A DNA stretch of 64,000 bases from Felis catus (taxonomy: Eukaryota), in NCBI RefSeq assembly GCF_018350175.1, contig NC_058383.1, positions 3,906,001-3,970,000 of the forward strand. The letters run 5' to 3'. The first letter of the stretch is position 1, and each line of letters opens with the position of its first letter. Shown here piece after piece: positions 1-10,300 of this stretch. The position numbers and the translations under genes are program-made. The notes beneath the pieces are model-generated. The model worked only from the letters and a program-made list of their open reading frames with translations, did not search any database and was not told where the DNA came from.

Positions 1-117
1 AGAGTGGGCTGGGGGCCGAGCCCGCGCGCTCTCTCGTCTAAGATGGGGGCCGGGGCTAAGGGGCCCGGGCTCCCCTAACGGCTGGGCGGTCCGGTCCGGG
101 CCCGAGGGCAGGCGTAC

Positions 118-257
118 CTCAGGTAGCCGACGCCCATCAGGCTGCTGCCGTTCACCTCGAGGATGCGGTCGCCCAGGGCCAGCCGGCCGTCGGCTGCCGC
201 GGGGCTGCCCGGGAGCAGCGTCTGGATGTAGAGCCCGGGGGCGCCCAGCGGCGTGTG
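118..257 (-). CDS. RADIL: RADIL exon 14 (PDZ domain); final exon lies left of the window
   Basis: ggcccgcag|CACACGCCG...TACCTGAG|gtacgc; 140 nt, phase 0 to 2. HTPLGAPGLYIQTLLPGSPAAADGRLALGDRILEVNGSSLMGVGYL. Confidence 0.94.
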
Positions 258-596
258 CTGCGGGCCAAGTAGCAGCTCAGGGCTGGGCGGGCCCCGGGGG
301 TGGGGGGTCGTTCTCGTGGCCTCCGGCGTGTCCGTACGGACAGCATTCCCCCCCCCCCCCCCACAGGCCCGGTACCCTGACGTCTGAAGACAGAGGGTAC
401 ATGGCCGGCCAGGGAACCGGCTGCCGCACGGGCCCTTCTCTCAAGGGCCACCGAGCTGCCCCACTGAGCCCGGTCCCGAGCTCGTGGCCGGCCCTGCCCT
501 GCCCTGTCCCGCCCACCCGTGGTCTCCCAGTGACCGTGCAAGCCGTGGGCCTGCGTGGGGCGGTCCTGAGCAGGAGGAGCCCAGGGGGCCGCTCAC

Positions 597-736
597 CATC
601 CCGTCGATCAGGCCCATCCCCAGGCCAGAGGGACCCCGCTCCAGCTCTACCACGAACACGTAGCAGAAGTCCTCGGCGCTGGAGCTGCGGCTGGAGAGGG
701 CTGGCGGGGGCTCATCTGCCGGAGCCACGCCGTCTC
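597..736 (-). CDS. RADIL: RADIL exon 13 (start of PDZ domain)
   Basis: ttctcacctgcccag|GAGACGGC...GGGATG|gtgagc; 140 nt, phase 1 to 0. SSRSSSAEDFCYVFVVELERGPSGLGMGLIDGM (GLGM carboxylate-binding loop). Confidence 0.94.
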
Positions 737-1330
737 CTGGGCAGGTGAGAAGAGACGCCACGGGTGGAAGGGGAGGGTGGCTCGTGCCGTCCCCACTGTA
801 CTGTCCCGCCCTGTCCCCACCCAGCGGGTTCCGCTGTTCCTCCACAGGGAAATGCTCCCGCGGCTCCGACAAGATGCCCATCTGGGCACAAGGGGGGCAA
901 GTCCCCTCCAACCCCCGGGGGGGGGGATGGATCCCGGCCCCGCCTGTGGGCCACACCCCCACGTGCCTGTAAAGGGTGTGCGTCCTCCAACCTCCTGACG
1001 TGACGGCCCTGGGACGGCAGCCCCTCCCAGAGCCTGGCTGTTTCTAGAGGCTGAACGGTGGGCTCTGCTCCAGGTCCCCCCACGGCTTCCCCTCCCTCTA
1101 CCCATTAAACGGTGACTCCGCCTCTGTTCCCCCCGCCCCCGTCGGAGCTGGGACTCTTCAGCTCTGCGTCCCCCCACCCAGGGTCCTGTGCCTTCTCTCC
1201 CCACAGGTCAGATCAGGCCTTCAGGCAGAGCATGTGGCTGCAGTCCCCTCACCAGCAAGCAGGTGCCCTGCCTCAGGCCCGGATCTGCCCAGGTGACCCC
1301 TGGCCTTGGGGCACACCCAGAGTCTGCAGG

Positions 1331-1375
1331 GGCACTGCCGGGGGCGGCACTGCCGGGGGCGGCACTGCCGGGGGC
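1331..1375. repeat. 15-bp tandem repeat x3 (GGCACTGCCGGGGGC)
   Basis: Three perfect copies plus a degenerate partial fourth, in RADIL intron 12. Confidence 0.9.
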
Positions 1376-1731
1376 TGCTCTGCCCTGCACTTCATGGCCC
1401 CCCCGGCCCTCCCCCCAGCCTCCTACCTGGTGCACACCACCTGAGCCGTCCCTTCCTCCACCCTGGGGGGAGGGACTTCGTCCCACAGACGGCTGTGCGT
1501 GCACCCTGTGCCCTTCGACGGGGCCCTGAACCACCCTGCGCCCGCCTCACGTGGCCCCTGGAGCCTGCCCAGCACGGGCTACGGGTGTTCGTGGACAGGT
1601 ACCAGAAGCCCAGGCCCAACGTGCCCCTAGGGCCACACGGTTGCAGTGACCCAAAGGGGCCCCGCCCAGGTGCTGGGGGGGGCGGAGGAGGGGGGACTGG
1701 GGGCTGTTTCGAGCCTGGGGACAGGTCTTAC

Positions 1732-2057
1732 CTTCCCCAGCTGCACCTCGGGGGCCACTCTGCCCGCTCGGCCTCCCTTCCGGGAGCGCTTTCCCACAGG
1801 TGCCGCCGGGCTCTGGCCAGTCGGGGACAGCGGGCTCGAGGCCGAGCGGGGGTGCCGGGAGGCGTGAGCAGGCACGAGGAGTCCACGTGCAGGACGCCAG
1901 CCTGGGGGCCCCCGCGGCTCTGCCTTCCTGGAGGGCCCTGTGCGCGGGGAGCCCCCGCAGGAGGAGGAGGGCGCACCTGGCCGGCTTCACGAGCTCCCCT
2001 GGAAACCAGCGGGCAGCTGTGGCCCCCCGGGGGCCCTTCGGGGGTGTGCTGTGGGCC
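1732..2057 (-). CDS. RADIL: RADIL exon 12 (Pro/Gly-rich linker); carries an apparent +1 frameshift at 1848-1852
   Basis: cccccacccccag|GGCCCACAG...GGGGAAG|gtaaga. It is 326 nt, but the flanking exons require 3n+1. RADIL-like sequence switches frame between DSSCLLTPPGT and PLGLEPAVPDWPEPGGTCGKALPE. Confidence 0.85.
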
Positions 2058-2232
2058 CTGGGGGTGGGGGTACAGGGACGAAGGCCTCAGATTCCCAGCA
2101 GCCCGCCACAGTAGGAGACCCCAGGGGCCACCCCCGCCTCTGGGGACCCCCAGGCGCCGCAGAGGCAGCAGCCAGGCCCCGTGTTGGCTGCCCTCACCAG
2201 CCCCGTTGTCAAAGCCAGAGCAGCCCGGGTAC

Positions 2233-2423
2233 CTCAAGGCACCCCGGCTGGGAAGGCCCGGCACCAGGGCTGGGTTTGCTCCGCAGGCTCCACAGGAAGT
2301 GGCGCAGGTACAGAAGCTGCTGGTAGACGCCGGCGTCCGGGCAGTCCGCTTCCAGATTCACCTGGAAGCCCTCGCTCGGCAAAACGATGGGCGGGGGGTT
2401 CTCGTAGGACTCCAGGACGTCCT
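2233..2423 (-). CDS. RADIL: RADIL exon 11
   Basis: ccgtcggcag|AGGACGTC...CTTGAG|gtaccc; 191 nt, phase 1 to 0. EDVLESYENPPPIVLPSEGFQVNLEADC...YLRHFLWSLRS. Confidence 0.9.
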
Positions 2424-3337
2424 CTGCCGACGGCGGGGAGGACGGTGTGACCGCGCTGGCCAAGAAGAAACGCCCGGCCCCTCCCCGGGCCCACCAGCCA
2501 CCCCCCCTCCTGACACTGCAGGTACCGGGGACACGCGAGCGTGGGACTCGGGAGAAGGCAACCCGCCCCAACCACACTCTGGGCCCTTCTGCGTCCCAGT
2601 GATTACCCAGGAAGAGGCCCGAGCTGCCTCACCCCCACTGCCCCGCCCCCAACTCCCCCTGCCTCTGTACCCCCCCCCCTGTCCTTCTGGTGCTCCCAAG
2701 GCCCGTGGTGACTGCATCCCGCACGGTCCCCAGGACCCTGAGTCCCAGAACATGGGCATGCTCAGACGGCGGGAAGGCCAACACCTGCACCAGCTCTGAG
2801 CAGAGAGCCCACCCGGGGACAGGCCCCCAGGGGTAGTGAGGAGGGGCGCTAGGGGCCAGCGGGGCCCAGAGTCCTGCTCCAAGTGGTCCCTTCCACCGGC
2901 CATGCCCTGGGCGACGGGGCACGGGAGAACCGAGCCCGAGGCCCTGTTTCTAGCCGTATCTTCTATCTTCTGTTAATTGTCATTACGTGCATCATGCTAA
3001 CGACGAGACGTGCATCTGTTCGTGAGTAACATTACGTGCACGTACACGTACGCTGCGTGTGAACAGACATGGGTGCGGGGCCTGCCCACCATCTTGGCAC
3101 TCCACGCCGAGACCCTGTTCTCCTCCTGGTGGGCTGTGTGTGCCAAGCAAGGCCCTGCCATCAGTCCCCACGTTGGGTAGGTAGGACCTTGGACCTGACC
3201 CCAAAGTCGGAACCGGGCTGTGGGCTCCCTGACCTCCAGCTGTGATAGCCACCAGGGTGGAGGAGACAGGCTCTGTAAGCTCTTCTGGAAGTCCCCCCAG
3301 GAGGCTCTCCCCTGCTCCCGCCTCTGATCAGGCTCAC

Positions 3338-3488
3338 CTGACTTGAAGGCCTCGGGGCTGTCCCGGGCATCGGGCTCCCAGGCGCTCATGGGGCCCATGG
3401 CGGAGGCCAGCTGGTATTGTGTCAGCAGCCGGTGCAGCTGCGCTGGGCTCAGGGCGGGGAACGCAGCCCTCAGGCTGGCCCAGCTCAT
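3338..3488 (-). CDS. RADIL: RADIL exon 10 (end of dilute domain)
   Basis: ttgtcccccag|ATGAGCTGG...AAGTCAG|gtgagc; 151 nt, phase 0 to 1. MSWASLRAAFPALSPAQLHRLLTQYQLASAMGPMSAWEP. Confidence 0.94.
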
Positions 3489-4924
3489 CTGGGGGACAAG
3501 AAGGAGCGTGTGGTCAGAGGCCCCACGCGGCACCCCCCCCCCGCCCAGGGAGGATCTTCTTCCTGGGGGCCAGGGTACAGGGTCCAAGCTCCCAACGGGC
3601 ACACCCCGGGCCGTGGCCCCTGAAGGGCCAGGGGTGGGTGGCCGGGGGAGTGCCAGGTGGGACGGCCGTTCTGGGGAGCGGCCAGCAGGCACCACCCCGA
3701 GGGCTGGGTCCCCTGAGCGTGCCTCCCCCCACGGCACCGTGTGGGGCTGAGACGCCAGGAAAAGAGCCCGGGGATTTGGGGATTCCGGCCTCACAGTATG
3801 AAGAGATCCGACCCCTAGAGCCGAAGACGCACGGGAAGGCAAAGCCTTCCAGGACGGGGAGGCCTCCTGGAGGGGGACGAGCAGCCCACAAGGGAGGAGG
3901 GGAGGAGAAGGGTGGACTCGTGCTCCACAAAAGAAAATGGGCACGGTTACCCGTGACCCTGCTCTCCATTGGCCAGGGATGCCCCTCCTCCCTTGTCTTC
4001 TGGAAACTTCTCTCCAATTCTCTGAGCTAATCCCCATTTCTGTGACACAGACGCTCCAGCAGCTTCCTGACCAAGGTTTCCCGAGGACCACTGCGGACCC
4101 CGCAGTCGGCGGGCCGGCCCACGCCGTCGCCCTCCACGGCGGGTATCCCCGGCTTCTGGCGTTGCTCTTGAAAGTCGGAAACCACGCTGAGGGCTAGTCT
4201 TCGGGACGCATCCACTCTTTATTCTTGTGGGAATTTCACGGGCTCCTCTGGCCCACGGTCTCCACACGGCAGCCCTGGGCTTCTCTGTGCAAGTGCAGCC
4301 ACGGAACTGCTCAGCCATCGGCCACGCTTGCCAGCACCTCGGGGCAGGTGGGTCTGGGGGTGGGCGCGGCCATCTCGGACTCCCTGGCTGCCAGGTCCCC
4401 GCTCTTTCCCCTCCCGTCTGGCCTCCTCTCCTCGGCTTCCCTCTAGCTTCACTTTACTGCCAAGGTCACGAGGCCTGGGCCGTGGGGGGCAAGCGCCTCC
4501 GGCAGAGGAACAACCGTTTCCTAAGGCTACTTTGGGGGGGGGGGGAACGTAGGGCCACGGCTGGGAGCCCCATCCCCCCACACCGGCTCCGTTCCTTCTG
4601 GTTCTCCCAGGTCCTAGAATCCAGACTTCCTTCCCAGGGCTGTTCCTTGTCTGGGGCTGGTGTCAGGAGGGAGCCAGCCATCAGGCCCAGAAGCCACCGG
4701 CAGGGACCCAGCACCCTCCCCTGTCCTTCATACCATCTGTCTGCTGTCTGGGAGTTTCCCGGACGGTCTTCCAGTCTTGCCACTGGACCCTTTCTCTTTA
4801 CTCTCAGGGTTCGAATTTCCAAAAATCCTTTTGGTTCTCTTATTTTTAGGAGAATATACATTTTTAAGTTTTTTCTCCCGGAAAAGTTTTGCACGCTCAG
4901 AGTGGTGTTCACATTTTTTAAAGG

Positions 4925-5025
4925 GCTTAACACAACGAAGAATAATTCTGGACGGCAACTGTACGTGCCCCACAAAGGCTACATTATCTACCCCCTGGCC
5001 CTTTACAGGGAAGTCTGTCCCCCCA
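4925..5025. mobile_element. MER58-like hAT DNA transposon end fragment
   Basis: ...ctggccctttacagggaagtctgtccccc resembles the MER58 terminus (from memory). Confidence 0.45.
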
Positions 5026-6950
5026 GGATCTGCGTCCTCCAACATCCGGCTCTCGTGCGGGAAGCGAGCGGGTGCTCAGTCTGCCAGGCTGGCTCGTGGT
5101 GGGACAGAGGGCCACGTCCTCCGGCCTCTGCCTGGGTGTCACTGACGCCAGCGTTGTCCGGTCAGCCCCCTCTGACAAAGAGCACGGGGCCTCCCGCACG
5201 CAGCAGGCTCTCTGTCCTCCCTCAGAAGCCCTCCTTTTCAGGATGACACTTCTGGTGTCAGGATGACACCCTGTCTTAAATGTTCCAGCAGTAAGCACAG
5301 GTGTTCGGCCAGCGCAGGGGGAGGGCCGGCCCGGCCGTGCGGGAAGGGGCCGCTGAGATCCGAAGCGCACACAGAAACCGCACAGACGTGAAGCACGACA
5401 GCCTGTGTTCCCAGCGCAGGGCAAGAGCGGGGAGCGTGTGGCCGCGCGAGGAGGCCCCTGCCGGGCAGGCCTGTCCCCCGCCGCGGCCCCGCTCGGCCCG
5501 CTCTTGCGTTCCAGACCCCGGGAATCACCACCTGTGCCCCTCTGGGCCCGACTGTGGCTCAGCCTCGTATTTAACGTTGGCCTGGGCCTTCACGCTGCTG
5601 TGTGGAATTGCGCTGCAAGGAATTTTCTCGATTTTTTCAAGATTTCAAGTATTTACTATACGCGGGCCGAAGGCTCGAACTCACAACCCCAGGATCAAGA
5701 GCCGCACGCTCCACGGACCTTCAGTCGCCGCCGGCCCTGTTCTCGAGGCTCCGCGTCTTCCGTGGGCAGTCACCCCCCGGCCTCCGCTTACCGGCCCCCG
5801 CGGTGTTTCTCCTCCCCGGGCCTGCTCGGTCCCTGTGGGCTTACGCTTTGCTTTTGTGGGGTGGTATTTGGGGAGGAGGCCAAAAGCACAGGTTCAGGTT
5901 GCAATCTGTATGCAGAGGTCCCCGTTTTCTGCATTGTCTCTAGTGAGTTCCTGCTGCACTTTTAGAATTAAAAGAACAAAATCAAGTAACTCAAAAGACA
6001 CTGGAACAAGCCGTGGCATCCAGCACGTGGCAGGTTCTGTCTCTGCCGAACCATCACCGGCCGTGGGACCGGGGCTTAGCCAGCAGGAAGCAGCGGTCAC
6101 GGGAGGTTGAAATGAGACGACGCGCTACGCGGGTCACACCTCGGAAGTGCTCGGCAAGGCAGCCGCGGCCACCATTACTAAGAGCGACAGTGACGACACC
6201 CAGATTTCTGTGCTGCGTCCTTGAGTGGAAGGGAGGCGCTCCGGTTTTACAGCAGACGGGAAGGTCCACCGTCCCCCCAGACTCACATCACCCCTCGGCA
6301 CACGCGGCGTCCTGCAGGCAGGGAAGGACACACTGGTTTCATGGAGCATCGGTGACAACCGTCCGGTAGCTCCCGAGGGAGGGCACCGTGCCGTACTCGC
6401 TTCCTGTCATTCTTCCCACAAATGACTGTGCGCGCATCCTCTGCGGTTCTGGAGGGCTCAGACCCCGAGCCGGTGTCGGGCCCACACCTGGGACTCAGCA
6501 AGGCTGGTGTGGGTCGTGCGAATTCAGTTCCTTGTGACCATTCGACGGAAGTTCCCCTTTCGGCACTGGCCCGCAGCTGAGGGCTGTTCCCAGCTTGCGG
6601 AGGCCACGATGCCCCACGGTCCATCTTCAGAGGCAGCCAGGTGGTCGGGGCCCACCTCCTGTGCTCAATCTGACCCATCTGTCTGCCCTTTTAAGCACTG
6701 GCGTGGTTAGCCCGGGCCCACCGGACAGGGTGATCTCCCCATCTCGGGGTCCGTGCAGATCCCCCGTGCCGTGTGGGGTCGGGGACTGGGGACACAGACC
6801 TCCGGGGGCCTCATCCTGCCTGCAGGTGGGACCAGAAGCGGAACGGAAGCAACACTGCAGGGTCTCAGAAGCCCCGAAGCCACATCCATGGCCCACGCCT
6901 GGTCTGTGAGCTGGCGACCCCAGAAGTGACACCTCGTGCGCTCCTCCTAC

Positions 6951-7123
6951 CTGGATGAGCTGGGCTCGGGGAGTGGCCAGCAGGTTGAGCGTGCAGGAAA
7001 GCTTCCGGAAGAAGTGTTCCCCGGCCTCCCCACAGCCGGTGCTCCTCATCCACTCCAGGAGCTGCTGCAAGCGGGCACAGGCCTGGACACCTCTGGGCCA
7101 GTGGAAGCAACTCAGAGAGGGGC
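6951..7123 (-). CDS. RADIL: RADIL exon 9 (dilute domain)
   Basis: cccctgcag|GCCCCTCT...ATCCAG|gtagga; 173 nt, phase 1 to 0. PSLSCFHWPRGVQACARLQQLLEWMRS...LNLLATPRAQLIQ. Confidence 0.94.
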
Positions 7124-7668
7124 CTGCAGGGGGCGGGAAGGTGACGCCGTGCTGGCCACCTTCTCCCAGGGAGGGCCTGTCCTCTCCACCTGCGAGCCTC
7201 TGACAACGGGCCTCGGCACCTGCTGTTGGTTTCCAAGGCAACTGGCCCGCTTCTGGGCCCCTCTTTGGGTAGGGCGGGGTGGGCCTGGGAGGGGGCGGGG
7301 TGGTGAAGGGGGGGGGGGGAACAGAGAGGGGTTGTGACAGCCACTGAGTCCCGAAAGCAGAGAGGAGTGCACCCCTACGGCGAGGCCCGGTCAGGCCTAG
7401 AGCCCGCCTGTGGACCCCGACCAGCCCGAGAAAGCCACACGGGCGACACACGAGGGCCACAAGTTCACACCACTCTCATCTCCCCGAGTCCGGGCAGGGC
7501 CCCCGGCCGGAAGGAGCTGGCACCAGAAGCGAGGAGAGTCTGGGGGGCAGCAGGCAGGGTCACGGACCACGTCGCTTCTCTGAGCCCCTCCCTCCGCTCC
7601 CAGCCACGGGGCTCGGGGGTAGAAAGGACCAGGCAAGGCCTGTGCGGGCCCCCACCCCCCAGCCTCAC

Positions 7669-7906
7669 CCTTGTCCAGGAGCTGGTTGAAGAGCAGCGTG
7701 CCGGAGAAGAAGAAGAGGTAGGCCAGCACCTGGGAGGCGATCTCGGGGTGCACCTGGAACTGTCGCAGGAGATCCAGGGTGGCCTGGTAGACGGACACCA
7801 CCCGGCGCGTCTCCTCCGGCAGCGGGGACGCCGAGCACCAGCTCTCCCGGCACTCCGTCTGGAAAGGGGGGCACTCCAGCAGGGCCGGGAGGCAGACGTA
7901 CAGCGA
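7669..7906 (-). CDS. RADIL: RADIL exon 8 (dilute domain)
   Basis: ttgcccccag|TCGCTGTAC...GACAAGG|gtgagg; 238 nt, phase 0 to 1. SLYVCLPALLECPPFQ...QVHPEIASQVLAYLFFFSGTLLFNQLLDK. Confidence 0.94.
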
Positions 7907-9027
7907 CTGGGGGCAAGAGGGAAACACCAAGCACGTCTGGCCCCCGGGCACACGGTTCCAGCTCTGGGCACCAGGGGCAGGTGACACTCACAGGTGCAGG
8001 GAGCCTGACAGGACTGCTGGCACAGCCCACGGGTCCTGATCCGTCAGACAGAACGGGCCGGGGGGTCTGCTGGCTGGCCCAGGACCACCGCCCCACCCCC
8101 CGCACCAGGAGCACCCCCTCCCGGGGAGCTGAGCCAGGGGCAACAGCCTGGGGGCTACGGCCAGGGTCCTGGTTGAAGGCCTGGGGGGCAGCACTGCGGG
8201 CGCCCACACTCATCGAGGGCCGGGGGGGGGGTGGTGGGGCGGGGCAACATCAACAGCTGCTCCCCAGACACGAGCGAAGGCATCCCCTCCGGGGGGAGGG
8301 GGGGTCCTCGCAGCCACCACCCCTCAAGGGGATCCTGGGATGACAGACCGGTTAAGGGCGGGACGCAGCCCTGCTCAGACCCCTGGGGCAGATGTGAGTA
8401 CATGGGCAGGGGCTCGTTCCTGTTGGGCCAGGACACGAGCTCACACCCTTCACACAGGGTCCCAAGCCGCCGCCAACTGACCATGGAGCTGGCGGACTCG
8501 GGTGTCGGGTCTCCACGCAGAACAAACGGGGAACTGTCCCCAGAGTGCCCTGTCCAACGGGCCCCTCTCGCTTTCCGCGGACACGTCCCCCACAGAATCC
8601 AAGTCAAAGCTCGGTCTCGGCAAGTCCCCTTGGATCCCCCAGCTGGGGCCACCTGCCCCAGGGGCTGCTGCTCTCTCCACTCCCCCCTGCACCCTGCTCT
8701 GTGTGCTGGGACAGGGTAAGTGACTCCTCCGGACCCGGAGACTAACACCACCTCTGGTCGCCACAATGAGCACCAACGTCCGCGTCCCCGAGCAGCCGCC
8801 CCTCCTGCTCCCTGACGTTGTTGGCGCTTGCGCAGCCACCGGCTCCCAGGATGAGAGGGACGCGGGCCAGGAGGGAGAGGACCCGGAAGCTGGGCTCAGG
8901 TGTGCCGAGGTGGCAGTCGGAGCTCGAAACCCTCGGGTGACGGTGGCAAAAGCACCTCCGTCCTTCCCAGGGCCCCAGCCCTCCCCGCCCAGGGGAGTGT
9001 GAGGCGCACACCCTGGCCACGCCATAC

Positions 9028-9140
9028 CTTCGAGACGTAGTACACGCACTGCTGGAAGGCGTACAGGATGACCTCCTCCAGCACCGCCATGGCCTCCTCG
9101 CTGGCCGTCAGCGTGCAGGAGAGCAGGGACTCCCTGGAGC
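9028..9140 (-). CDS. RADIL: RADIL exon 7
   Basis: ctcctcgcag|GCTCCAGG...TCGAAG|gtatgg; 113 nt, phase 1 to 0. SRESLLSCTLTASEEAMAVLEEVILYAFQQCVYYVSK. Confidence 0.94.
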
Positions 9141-10091
9141 CTGCGAGGAGACAGCGGGGCACGGTCACCGCGTGCTTACCTCCGGACCGCACTCGCCCCC
9201 GTCCCATCTCGGGTCTGGGAGGCCGCCTCGCGCCGCCGGCTGACCCCCGGCCCGACTGCCACCCCTCCCCGGGGCGCCCAGGGATGAGACGCCGGCCCAG
9301 GTGGCCGAGGGGTCCGGGCACCGTGACTCCGAGCCCATCGGTGCTGCAGCGTCACGCGAAGGGATTCTGAAGCCCATTGACGGAGAGATCCCAGACACGT
9401 TTCCTGGTAGAACCAGCGGCCCCAGCAATACGGATTCTGACCCAAGGGCCTGCGGTCACTTCCCACTCCGGCCACAGGTCAAAGGAACACCTGGCCAAAG
9501 CTCCTAAGGAGACCAGCACTCCACGGAATTGTGACGTTTTTCCAAGAAGAAAGAAATCCAAATGGCCTACGAGCCCCATTCTCCCCCCCCCCCCCCCCCC
9601 CCCCCCGCCCCAGCATCCCGGAGAGACCACAGAGAAGACGCAGCCGAGGCCCGGCTGCTGGACAGCCCCACGGAGGGAGGCAGCCCGGCTCCAGGCGGCC
9701 CCAGCGGGTGGGCCTCCCCAGACCGTAGCTGGAGCTGAGCCCCGGGGGCCGGCAGGGGGCCCGCCCAGCGTGGCAGGAGGGGCTCCGCGGGTGCCAGGTG
9801 ATTCCTTGCTTCTGGAGGTTCCCGTGAAGTCAAGACGCCAGATCGGCCACAGGGACGCCAACGCCAGAGAACCCCAACAGGGCAGAACCGTCCCGAAGGG
9901 CCTCCAAATGCAGGAGGCACCCCATGTCCCACCAGCGCCGAGCAGCACTGCCCGGGGCCTGGAGGCCCCGCCTCTGCCTCCGCCGCCCTCAGATCCTCAC
10001 TTCTTTACAGGAGCTGCAGCCGGGCAGCTTGGACTGGTATGTCCAGTGCAGACCCGCGGCTCTCGGCCACTGTTCATTCTGCTACAGCCTC

Positions 10092-10300
10092 TTCTTTTTT
10101 TAACGTTTATTATGTATTTTGAGAAAGGGCATGAGCAGGGGAGAAGCAGTGAGAGATGGGAGGAGAGAGAGAATCCCAAGTACGCTCTACACTGTCAGGG
10201 CAGAGCCCAACCCCGGGCTCAAACCCACAAACCGTGAGACCGTGACCTGAGCCCAAATCGAGAGTCAGATGTTCAGCCGACAGAACCACCCAGGTGCCCC
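10092..10300 (-). mobile_element. Can-SINE (SINEC_Fc type)
   Basis: Reverse-complement head ...ccacccaggtgcccc and T-rich tail. TSD tgctacagcct at 10080-10090 and 10301-10311. Confidence 0.88.

Noticed and set aside
1306..2799. 497-aa plus-strand ORF antisense to RADIL exons 11-12
   Set aside because: Very high GC, no ATG at the listed start, no recognisable domain. Expected by chance in this composition.
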